From the human T2T-CHM13v2.0 reference genome, Homo sapiens: DNA of 64,000 nt. The position numbers and the translations under genes are program-made. Below the pieces are notes generated by a model that did no database searches, was not told where the DNA came from, and saw nothing but the letters and a program-made list of their open reading frames with translations. The DNA is taken from the NCBI RefSeq assembly GCF_009914755.1, contig NC_060925.1; one strand, written 5' to 3'. This document shows, piece by piece, positions 1-11,947 of this stretch; position 1 is the stretch's first letter; each line of letters starts with the position of its first letter.

Positions 1-732
1 TACCAATTTGGATGCCCTTTATTTCTTTCTCTTGTCTGATTGCTCTGGTTAGCACTTCCAGTACTATGTTAAATAGAAAAGTGGTGAGAGTGGGCATCTT
101 TGTCTTGTTACAGTTCTCATAGGGAACGCTTTAAACTTTTCCCCATTCAGTATTATGTTGGCTGTGGGTTTGTCATAGATGGCTTTTACTACATTGAGGT
201 ATGGGTCTTGTACGCTGATTTTGCTGAGGGTTTTAATCATAAAGTGATATTGAATTTTGTCAAATGCTTTTTCTGCATTTATTGAGATGATCATGTGATT
301 TTTGTTTTAAATTCTGTTTATGTGGTGTATCACATTTATTGACTTGCATATTTTAAACCATCCCTGCATCCCTGGTATGAAACCTACTTGATCATGGTGG
401 ATTATCTTTTTCATATGTTGTTGGATTCAGTTAGCTAGTATTTCGTTAAGGATTTATGCATCTATGTTCATCAGGGATATTCGTCTGTAGTTTTCTTTTT
501 TGGTTATGTCCTTCCCTGGTTTTAGTATTAGGGTGATACTGGCTTCATAGAATGATTTGGGTAGGATTTCCTCTTTCTCTATCTTGTGGAATAGTGTCAA
601 CAGGATTGGTACCAATTTTTCTTTGAAAGTCTGGTAGAATTCATCTGTGAATCTGTCTGATCCTGGACTTTTTTTTGTAGATAACTTTTTCTTACCATTT
701 CAATCCTGTTGCTTGTTATTGGTCGTTCAGGG
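1..732 (-). mobile_element. L1 ORF2 (RT region), distal part of an old L1PB-like element; continues beyond the window start
   Basis: ORF 64-294 reads [15 protein letters not shown]...[15 protein letters not shown]...PLSPL, typical L1 ORF2. The L1 sequence breaks at 732 (ttcaggg) and resumes at 19192 (agaatatctagttcttcc). Confidence 0.93.
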
Positions 733-1330
733 TGTTAGTAACAAATGCTTGTTCCTCGATGCTGCAAAGAAATGCACTTGAACATAAATTTAATTTTCTC
801 AGCAAGGCAATTTTTACTTCTATAGAAGGGTGCGACTTGCGGATGGAGTAATGGCGAAAGCATGCCTGAACAAGGGAAGGGAAGTGGTTCCTATTCCTGA
901 TGCAGGTAGCCCCTGCTGTTGTGTCATTCCCCTATTGGCTAGGATTGGACCGCACAGTCTAAGCTAATTCTGATGGGGTATTTTAAAGAGAGCAGGGGTA
1001 CGAGCCAGAGTGTCAGGGTGAGTAGTTTGGCAGGAAGGGCAGTTATAGAACAGGTGACTCAGGATGATTCAGGTCAGAGCAGGTGACAGGGGTGACTCAA
1101 GATGGAGCAGGTGGCCAGGGGTGACTCAGGTCAAAGCAGGTGACCAGGGGAACAGATATGAACTACTGATTAGAACTGGCAGGAAAGTTGTTTACTGAAA
1201 CTAGAGGCAAGGGGGGAGGGCAAGAGAACCAGGAAGTTAGACTTAAAAATGGAGAATAAAGAATAAGAGAGCTGAACATACTGACATACTGATTCTTTGA
1301 AAAGAAACTTGGAGTTCACTATCTTTAACA
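733..1330 (-). mobile_element. 3' LTR of outer provirus (LTR10 family)
   Basis: Near-identical to 18603-19191; resembles recalled LTR10 consensus; three TGACTCA motifs in a short internal repeat. Confidence 0.9.
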
Positions 1331-1348
1331 ATCCCCCATCTTGAAATT

Positions 1349-3430
1349 TTACAGTTGTTTCTCTTCAAACTTCTTTAACATGTCTTGGCTTAGTTGTTCT
1401 GCTTGATTCTCTAAAAGAAAAAGCTTCTCTGAATAAGGTGGAGGAGAATTAAAGGAGGTTTTAGTAAGTGCTGCCTTTATGAGCCTCTGCACCAGCCTAT
1501 GGATGCATGGTATGACACAACACCTGAAAAGAATGGCTATACCTATTATGGCTGCAAGAGAAGTAAGAATTGAGGCTATGATTCCTTTCCATTTACTGAA
1601 TCATTTTTCTAGCCACCTGGTGAAGCGGTCATTTACTCCTGAGTTTTTGGCTAACTCGTTAGATAGAGCAATTAGACCTTGCAATGCCTTTGTTATACTT
1701 CCATCAGGAGCAATATTGTTTGGGATGAAGGTACAACATTGAGTTTTAATCATGATGCAAACTCCTCCTTTTTCTGCTAACATTATGTCTAAGGCTATTC
1801 TATTTTCCCAAGCCATCTGGCTAGTAGCCCCTAATTGCTCAGCTATTTCTTTAATAGCATCTCTAGTGTAGTTTATAATAAACTGCTGTTGGTTATAATA
1901 AATGTAATTTATCCAATCTACATTTTTATTAATTGTTACCCACCAAAATATTGACTTACATCCTGCAGTTATTTGATTTCAGGCTTTAAATTTATCTGGT
2001 ACTCCTGGTGGAACTCCAATAGCATTTATATAAACATGGGAATCAAAGGACCCATGTGAAGCACTTCTTTTACGATTTTCTTTTTTTTTTAATCGTGTTG
2101 ACGGAATGCTAGGGTGAAAGGGATGGCCAATTGGACTAAAGCATGAGTGCTGCTTTAATTACTTGGCAGAGTACCCAGCAATAGTCCCCTGCAATACCAC
2201 TACACATCTGCTCGGGGATGAACAAGGGCAGACTGATGGGTAACCTCTTGAAAAGGCTTGGTTTCACTGCACCCTGTTAAGTCTCCAAGGAATGCTAACT
2301 TTTTCCTCTGCCATGAAAGGCAGGAGGTGAAGTAAACACCAGGGGCTGGAGGCTGGATGGACCTCAGGGGCTGACCCGCAGGGCTCTTAACCTCAGGGAA
2401 CAGCAGTGAAAGAGTCTTCCATCACTCATCACCCCAGGCTGTGGGGTTTTGGAAGAGAGCTACCATAACAGCTCATGCCTGGTCCGTGAGAGGACCACCC
2501 AAGTGGAAAGGGGACAATCTCTGTCTCTGGGCTGCCTGTCACACAAGTCTAACAGTCACTTTTGTTTAGCATGAGAACAGAATATTTAATCCATTCAAGC
2601 CAAGCATTTGTGTCCTGATACCCTGTGTCAATTGCTATAGTTTGTTTTAAATCTTTAACCTCTACAACTACTTTGGTTTTATCATTGGGTATATAACAAG
2701 AGAAGGTTTGGTTAGCGGAGAACTTAAGAGAGGGAGAAGGGGGTGCAGGAGGTGAGGCGGCAATGAAGTGCATTTCAAAGGATCCTATGGGGGTTGTTCC
2801 CTGAGACTTCTGCCCCTATACCATAGAAATGGCTTAATGGAGGGGAAGAACTCTGGGGAGCAGCGATGGTCATCTGTACTGGATTCCATTGGTTCAGCTG
2901 ACAATGTGGAGGGATAACTCCTTTAGTAAAATGAACATATGGTTTTAAGAAACTGCAAGTACTAGTTGGAGCAGTCCATCCTCGCTCTTTAGTATTTTAT
3001 AGGTCCATATAGTATTTTATATGGACCAACTTCAGCAGAGAAGCTCTGCTGTAGAAGGACAAGATTCCCAGTTTATACTGGAATCTTCGTCAAACTCTTC
3101 TCAAACTAACCTATCCCAGTTAACAGATTTCCAGTCTAAGGAGAGCTAGGGAGGATAAATATACTTTTCTGAAGCAGAGAGTTGCTTCTGACTTGGCAAG
3201 TCTCCACAGCGTATAACAAAGCAAGCATCAAATGTAATATTTTGAGGCAAAATTGGCTTGGTTACATTAATAACTAGGTGGTCAGCAATAGAATGAGGAA
3301 AGAAGTAATAGAATAGATGAAAGAGAGTTAAATTTTTCTTAGCTTTAGTTTGGTAGGGTTTTCCTCTGGGACTATGGTCCATGACCGTGGAGGGGGCGGC
3401 GCTTTCTTGACTCGAGTGTGAGGGGTCCAC
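1349..3430 (-). pseudogene. env: env remnant of outer provirus
   Basis: Hydrophobic leader ...FHLFYYFFPHSIADHLVINVT (ORF 3146-3430), immunosuppressive domain WENRIALDIMLAEKGGVC and CX6CC motif CIMIKTQCC (ORF 1601-1816); broken by stops and frameshifts. Confidence 0.9.
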
Positions 3431-4339
3431 CCTTTTTCTGCTGTCCGGACTGCAGTTTCAGTAGTTAGGAGCGCTAGGTAAGATCCTTCCCAGGCTGGTT
3501 CTAATTTTTCCTTTTCTCTAACTTTTGACAGGGACGTGGTCCCCAGGCTGATGTTGGTGTGCTGGAAACTCTAGGGGTGGCACCTGTGCTAAAAGACCTT
3601 TAGTTCTGAGGGAAGGGAAAGTAGACGATAAACCAAGTATATAATTTCTGAGAAATTGTTCTTTTGTTTTAAATGTAGAGAGATCAGTAGTAGAATGTAG
3701 ATAAGGCAATCCATAGAGCATCTCATAAGGGGACAGGCCTGTCTTTTGGGGGAGCAGTTCGGACTCTTCACAGGGTAATATGCCTTCCTACTTTCCCTGA
3801 TGAAGGTGGATGCCAGAGAGTATGATATCCCCATGTTATATCCAGTATCTGTGCTAATTTCTTAGTGACATGTGCTGTGAAATGAGTCCTATTATCTGAA
3901 TCACTGTTTTCTATTAATCTAAACCTGGGTATAATATTTTTAACTAATGCCTTGATTATATTATTAGCATTTGTACTTGAAAAGGGAATAGCTTCTACCC
4001 AATGAGTAAGGTGATCTACTATTACTAATAAATACTTTAGACGACCAGTTGGAGGCTTCTCTGTGTAATCGATTTGGATACTTTGGAATGGGCTTAAGCC
4101 TGGACTCCTTCCCCCAAGTGGTAATCTTTTACTAAGCAATTGTCTGTAACCTGTTTGGCCGGGGTACACATTTCTATGCACTTATAAACTCTGAGGACTG
4201 TGTTACACATGGCTTGGGGCCCCCAGTGGGTCTCTTGATGTAGTTGGGACAAGATTTCCCTCATAAGGGGTTTGGATAACATTTCTCTCTGGTCTAGCAA
4301 TATCCATTTTCCTTCTGAATTTTCTTTAGCACCATTTTT
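3340..4339 (-). pseudogene. pol: Integrase part of outer pol
   Basis: LHQETHWG, IQIDY...LLVIVDHLTHWVEAIP, DSDNRTHF and MLYGLPYL in ORFs 4094-4387, 3768-4181 and 3518-3721. Confidence 0.9.
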
Positions 4340-5177
4340 GTTCGTTTTTAAACCAAAGAAAGCCAAACACCACTTTATATTTGACAATGCTTCCTGTATG
4401 ATTTTATACCAGATAAGCTAAATTTTACCTTTATATTAGTGTGCTATTAATGTTAAGCTCAATTTTAATAAAATCTTGTAGACATTATTTATCCAATATT
4501 AATGTCTGACCATAAGGTAAAATTTTTACTCTTTTTAACCCTTTATGATTTTTGTTAAAGAGCAGTTTAGTGCTTTAAGAAAAACCTGTTGTGCTTTTTT
4601 TTAATGTCCAGTTCGCAGAAAAACTGGATGATACCCCCTTAACTTTAGCCAATATGTTTACACACAGAATTTCCTTTACAATTAACGTTTCAAAGCTTGC
4701 TTAAACCTTCAAAACACATTTTTTTAACCTTTTAATGTAGGTAAAAATCCACATTATTATACTTTCTTATACTCCTTTTACCAAAAGTATATTTTACTTT
4801 CCTTACACACCTTGCATATAAACTGTTTCTTCAATAGTTTTACATTCAGGAGGCCTAATTACTTTTAAATTATACAACATTTCTTGCATAAATTCCCCTT
4901 TATAACATTTTTCACAACTTTCACAGATAATCTTCAACATGCCTCAACTTTCTGACTTGTTGCAAACATCCCTTTCTTTAAACAACCAGTTAATTTATTT
5001 TAGGACAAGAATTTACCATATAAGATTCTTTTTATATAAATTCTCCTTTTTTAAATGTCAGAGATGATAACTAGTTTTCTCCAAAGCAAACTTCCTTCAT
5101 GTCGGTGGACTAGGCTGCCTAAGGCCACAAGATTAGAAGTTAGGATAATACATGTTATACTGCTAACTTTTAGCAAA

Positions 5178-5799
5178 TGTGGAAAGTAAAAAGTTCCTCT
5201 TCCTTCAAAGTTTCCCTTCTTGTTAAAGAATAAATAATAAATGTTAGAAATAATAGTTTCTTTTAAAGACTAACTTCCTTCAAAGCCTTCTTGCTTTTTG
5301 CTAATAACCCTTTATTAAGCCCTATCCTATGTAGATGTTAGATATAAGGAAATAAGTACATCCTATGTCCTTGTACTTTAACCAAGATATTGGCATGTCC
5401 CAGTTCACAGCCTATGCCCCTTTCTTATTTGGAAATGTTATTACTTCTCTAAGTCCTTTTGCAAGCAACTTCCTCTTTTCCTTTTGTTCTTCATTGCCTT
5501 TACCTATTTAGGAAAGTTTTAAGTTGTTAGCCAATCGGGTTTAGCTTAGACTGTGACTGTTAGCCAATCGGATTTAGCTTAGACTTAGACTCCAAGCAAT
5601 GGAGATAGGACACAGCAGTAAGGATCCAATGTGTAAGGGATAAATATTCCTGATTTGTTTGTTCAGTGTGCTCTCATGGCAAGATTGCTGATAAGTAGCA
5701 CCCTTTCTGCAGAAAGTAAAATTGCCTTGCTGAGAAAACTTTTTGTCTGAATGCTAGTTTTTCCTTGTGGCACTGAGGAATAAGCATTTACTTCTAACA
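5178..5799 (+). mobile_element. 5' LTR of inner provirus
   Basis: TGTGGAAAG...CTTCTAACA; direct repeat of 13914-14534. Confidence 0.95.
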
Positions 5800-5803
5800 G
5801 TTC

Positions 5804-5821
5804 TGGAGGCTCCTCTGGGAT
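5804..5821 (+). promoter_or_regulatory. Primer binding site, tRNA-Thr-like
   Basis: TGGAGGCTCCTCTGGGAT, 4 nt after the LTR; 16/18 match to the recalled complement of the tRNA-Thr(AGT) 3' end (TGGAGGCACCGCTGGGAT). Confidence 0.75.
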
Positions 5822-6220
5822 TCCCATTCTCCTTTCAGAAGGGGTCTTTGGTCACCCCCTCAGGGAGGCATACCCCACTGCCTTGTTGTGGTGGCCTTAA
5901 GGGCTGGAGATCAAAACCCATCCTTTGCAATGAATAAACCCGGGCTCTTAGCAACACGGGGAAAGAAGGGCTTGCAACACTGCTGTGACCAGGTAATTCT
6001 GTGCACATACCAAGGTAAGAAACATCACAAGGGGGTGACAAAGTATTTCCTTGATGGTCAAAATTCTGGAGGTTGAGTGTGAGTGTGCATGCGTGAGTAT
6101 GGTGTGAGTGGGTCCTCTCTGCAAATTCTGTAATCATTTCATATGGCTTAGAGGTAAGAGAGGGCAAAACAAAAGGAAAGGAGTGAAAGAGACCTCCAGA
6201 AGGTGAGGGGGAATAGTTAG

Positions 6221-6599
<379 letters not shown>

Positions 6600-6688
6600 A
6601 TACGTGAGGTTGTTTTAAGCAAGCCTCTGGAAAACGGGATAAGCAAGAAAACTCTGGGTCGAGAGGTTGAGTCTAACTGGTACTCAGT

Positions 6689-8461
6689 ATAGGGAATATT
6701 TCTAGTAAAACAGGGAAGGGAAAGAATGCAGATGGTCAAATCCCCCCCACCGATAGTCCTTTAGGGCTTATGTTAAAGTATTGGAAAGACAATGAGAGGA
6801 CTAAACTCAAGGGAAAGCAGCAAATGATAAAGTATTGCTGCTTTATTTGGACTAAAGAGCCAATCCTCAAGCCCACAGTTTTCTGGCCAAAGTTTGGGTT
6901 GGATGGGGACTGGGTTTGTCAACTCCTAATAATGTATGTTAATGACAAGAGTCCTCTCTCACAAGAAGAAATAGACTATGCTCTGTGCTGGCGGCAGGGG
7001 CCGTTCTTCTCTACCCGCTAAGAATAGATGGGAAGGAACTAGAAGGTAAAAAGGACTCAGAGGCTGTCTCATCTGAGAACAAAGTTTCTACTTCTAAGAC
7101 ATCCACGAGTAAGTGGGACCCTCTAGACCACCATCCCCCACTTCTCAAAAACCCACCACTCCCTCCTCAAGCAATTGCCGCCGCCCCAAACCCCATCCCA
7201 GACCCAGTTCCAGACTCTCCTCTGGATCCTCATACTCAGGTTATTCCTCCCCCATACAACCCGGACTCCTGTTAGTTATTGTCCCAGGGACCCAAGTTTT
7301 GTCAGTCTGAATATCCTTCTTTAAAGAAAGGACTTCAACGGGAAATACAACAATGTAGAAAGGATATTCAGAGTCTTCCTTTCCCCCTCCCCACTTCTAA
7401 GGATTCATCTTCAAAGTTCTTTCTTTTAAGGGAGGTACCACAAGGGGGGGCAATTTGCCTTGTAAATGCTCCCTTAACTGGTTCCGAAGTCCGAAGTCTT
7501 AAAAAAAAAGAACTCAAGCCATTATTAGATGATCCTTATGGAGTGGCAGATCAAATTGATCAGTTTTTAGGCCCGCAGTTATATACCTGGGCTGAATTAA
7601 TGTCCATCCTAGGTATCCTCTTTTCAGGGGAAGAGCAGAACATGATCCGCAGAGCTGCTGTGGTGGTCTGGGAGTGTGACCATCCTCTGGGCCAAAATGT
7701 TCTGGCAGCAGACCAAAATTTCCAGCCAAGACCTGGAGTGGGATAACAATATTGCAGCCCACAGGGATAACATGAGAGATTTAAGGGAAATGATAGTTAG
7801 AGGAATTTGGGAATCAGTGTCCCGACCTCAAAATCTCTCTAAGGATTTTGATATACAGCAAGAAAAAGATGAAGGGCCTATGAAGTTTCTAGACAGAGTG
7901 AGGGAACAGATGAGAAAATATGCTGGTTTAGACCCAGAAAGCCCCTTTGGGCTAGGATTGTTAAAGTTGCACTTTATTATTAACAGTTGGCCAGATATTG
8001 CAAGAAAATTGCAAAAACTGGAAAATTGGAAGAATCGGTCAATAGAAGAGCTTTTGAGAGAAGCCCAAAAAGTATATGTAAGTAGAGATGAAGAAAGGCA
8101 GAGACAGAAAGCAAAAATCTTTTGACAGAGTTCACCAGGACAAATGATACCAGGGGCTAAGTTTAGACCCACACCTGCAAAGTTTTCTAGAGAAGGTGAA
8201 AGAAGAAAGTCAGGGAACTCAGGAATGCAAAGAGAAAGAAGGCAAGATCAGTACGTTAAGGGAGAAGGTCAAAGTAAGTGCTGTAAGGGCTGTGGATGTG
8301 AAGGTAAGGAGGAAAGACAAAGGGGCCCTGGGCTTGGGAGAGAGGAAGGACAAGACAGATGTTACAAATGTGGAAGACCAGACCATTTTAATAGGTAATG
8401 TCCGGAATTAGAAAAAGTAGAAGAAGCTCTTCCACTCATGACTACCTTTGAAGAGGAATAG
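6689..8461 (+). pseudogene. gag: gag of inner provirus (start ATG mutated to ATA; frameshifts and stops)
   Basis: (M>I)GNISSK...DSPLGLMLKYW matrix, PPPY late domain, capsid MHR-like IQQEKDEGPMKFLDR, zinc knuckle CYKCGRPDHFNR*C, terminal TAG 8459-8461. Confidence 0.9.
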
Positions 8462-11400
8462 GGGGGTCAGGGGCTCTGTCTTTTCTATTTTGAGTCCCAC
8501 CAGGAACCCTTGATACATTTAGAGGTGAGACCCAAACATGAATTAATCACCTTTTTAATTGACTCAGGAGCTGCTTGCTTGTCTGTTTGTTTTCCCCCAG
8601 CTGATTTAACTTGTTCTACAGAGGAATTGCTAGTTTCTGGGGTAAAAGGAGAAGAATTTAAGGAGAAAGTTTTAGAAAATACAGAAGCAAAATACCAAGA
8701 TCAGTCAACTTGTATTCAACTTTTATTAATTCCTGAAGCAGGAACCAATCTGTTAGGGAGAGATTCAATGTTAAAACTAGGTATAGGTCTGCAAGTTGGC
8801 CCAAAGGGTGTTCTAACTTCCTTAAATTTGCTTACCACAGCAGATGAGAAGTCCATTCATCTCGATGTCTGGCCAAGGGAAGGAAACTGAGGAAAGCTAC
8901 GAATTCCTCCAATACATATCAGGTTAAGGACTCCAGGGGAGGTAGTGAGAAGAAAGCAATACCCTATCCCTTTAGAAGAAGGGTAGGGTTAAAGCCTGTA
9001 ATTGAGAGTCTTATTAAAGATGGACTACTTGAACCTTGTATGTCCTCATACAACACTCCAATTTTACCAGTCAAAAAATCAGATGGGTCATACCAACTAG
9101 TGCAGGACCTTACAGCTATCAATCAAATAGTCCAGACCACTCATTCTGTTGTACCCAACCCTTACACCATTCTTAGTAAAATTTCACACAGTCATCAGTG
9201 GTTCACAGTAATAGACTTAAAGGATGCATTCTGGGCAGGTCCCTTGGCTGAAGACAGCCAGGATATATTTACTTTTGAATGGGAAGGTCCCCATTCAAGA
9301 TGGAAACAACAGTATAGATGGACAGTTTTACCCCAAGGATTTACAGATTCACTCAATCTTTTTGGTCAAATCTTAGAGCAAGTATTAGAAAAAGTTGTTG
9401 TCCCAAAGCAGCTACGTTTGCTCCAATATGTGGATGATATTCTTATATCTGGAGAAGACATAGAGAAGGTAGCTGGGTTTTCTACACACGTTCTTAACCA
9501 CTTACAGTTTGAAGGGTATGGGTCTCAAAGAGAAAGCTTCAATATGTAGAACCTGAAGTTAAATACTTAGGCCATTTAATAAATGCAGACAAAGGAAGAA
9601 TAGGACCCAAATGGGTCAAAGGAATTGTGTCTTTGCCCTTGCCTCAAACCAAGCAAGAACTCAGGAAATTTTTAGGGTTAGTTGGATACTGCCATTTATG
9701 GATTGACTCATATGCATTAAAAAGTAAACTTCCATATGAGAAGCTAACTAAAGGAGAACCTGATCTCTTCATATGGACTTCTGAAGAGGTTGATCAGGTT
9801 GGGGAGTAAAAGGAAAGACTCATAACTGCTCCTGTCCTGGCCCTACCCTCTCTAGAAAAACCATTTCATCTTTTTGTTAACGTAGATAATGGAGTGGCTC
9901 TAGGAGTGCTTACCCAAGAACATGGGGGCTGCCGACAGCCAGTGGCCTTCCTGTCAAAAGTTCTAGATCCAGTCGCCTGCAGATGGCCTCAGCGTATTCA
10001 ATCCATTGTGGCCACGGTGATATTGGTTGAAGAAAGCAGGAAATTAACTTTTGGAGGATATCTGACAGTGAGTACACCTCAACAAGTCAAGCTATCCTAA
10101 GCCAAAAGGCAGGAAGATGGCTCACTGACTCCAGAATTTTAAAATATGAAGCTATCCTATTAGAAAAAGATGATTTAACCTTAACTACAGACAATTCACT
10201 TAACCCAGTGGGTTTCTTGACAGGGAACCCACTGCTAAAAAGGGAACACCTATGTCTAGATTTAATTGACTACCATACGAAAGTCAGCCCAGATTTAGTA
10301 GAAACCCCCTTTAAGACAGGGCAGCTTTATTTACAGATGGTTCCTCCCAGGTAATTGAGGGAAAACGACATAATGGGTATGCAGTAATCGATGGGGAAAC
10401 TCTCAAAGAAGTTGAATCAGGAAGATAACCCAATAGTTGGTCTCCCCAAGCCTGTGAGCTATTTGCACTTAGCCAGGCCCTAAAATACTTATAGAACCAG
10501 GTAGGAACCATCTATACTGACTCTAAGTATGCTTTTGGGGTGTCTCACACATTTGGAAAAATTTGGGCCGAACGGGGCCTTATTAATAGTAAAGGTCAAG
10601 ATCTTGCTTATGAAACATTAATTGTGTCCTGAATAATCTTCAGTTACCAGAGGAAATAGACATTGTCCATGTTCCAGGACACCAACACAACTTTTATTTT
10701 GAAAGTTGAGGAAATACTCTTGTGGATCAAAGAGCCAAGCAAGCTGCTGTTTCCTCTGAGACACCATCTTTCACTTAACTCCTTGTCTTCCTTCTCCCAC
10801 TGTAGTTCCTATTTTCTGTCATACTGAGAAGGAAAAATTAGTAAAAATAGGAGCTCAAAGGAATTCAGAAGGGAAATAGATACTCCCAGACCAGAAAGAA
10901 ATATTATCTAAGCCTCTTTTGAGGGAGGTTTTATCTTAACTACATCAAAGAACTCACTGGAGCCCCAAGTTATGTGTGATGCAGTTCTCAGGGTTTATGG
11001 GTATATTGAGATTTATACTTTAGCAAAACAAGTTAAAGACAGTTGTCTAATTTGTAAGAAAACAAATAAACAAGCCCTAAGAAAATTACCACTTGGAGGA
11101 AGAAATCCAGGACTAAGACCATTTCAAAGTGTCCAAGTTGATTACGCTGAAATGCCCCCACCTGGTCAGCTAAAGTATTTATTGGTAATAGTAGATCATT
11201 TCACCCATTGGGTAGAGGCTATCCCTTTTTCAAGTGCAACCGCTAGTAATGTAGTTAAAGCAATAATTGAACATATTACACCCAGGTTCGGACTAATAGA
11301 AAACATTGATTCAGACAATGGAACCCATTTTACTGCACATATCATTAAAAAGTTGGCTCAAGTACTAGACATAAAGTGGGAATATCACATTCCTTGGCAC

Positions 11401-11947
11401 CCATCCTCCTCAGGGAGAGTAGAAAGGATGAACCAAACCCTTAAAAGCCACCTAACTAAATTAGTCCTAGAGACCCGGTTGCCATAGGCTAAATGCCTTC
11501 CTATTGTTTTATTAAGGATTAGAACCTCCCCTTGGAAAGATGTTGGCCTGTCCCCTTATGAAATGTTATATGGGTTGCCTTACTTATATTCCACTGCTCA
11601 TGCCCCCACATTTGAATCAAAGGATCAGTTTCTCAGAAATTATATACTTGGTCTCTCCTCTACCTTTTTTTCACTTAAAACCAGAGGTCTTCTAGCACAG
11701 GCACCACCCCTAGAATTTCCAGTACACCAGCACCAGCCTGGGGACCATCAAAGGACGGAAAGAAGCAAAACTCGAGCCAGCCTGGGAAGGACCCTACCTC
11801 GTGCTGCTAACCACCGAGACTGCCATTGGCACAGCAGAAAAAGGATGAACACATCACACCCAAGTCAAGAAAACGTCATCACCTTCGGAATCGTGGGTCA
11901 TTGTTCCAGGATCAAGCCCTACCAAATTAAAGTTAAGAAAAGCTTAA
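8462..11947 (+). pseudogene. pol: pro-pol of inner provirus
   Basis: Protease FLIDSGA; RT DLKDAF, LPQGF, YVDD; RNase H FTDGS and IYTDS; integrase QVDY, DSDNG, VERMN; multiple stops and frameshifts. Confidence 0.93.
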
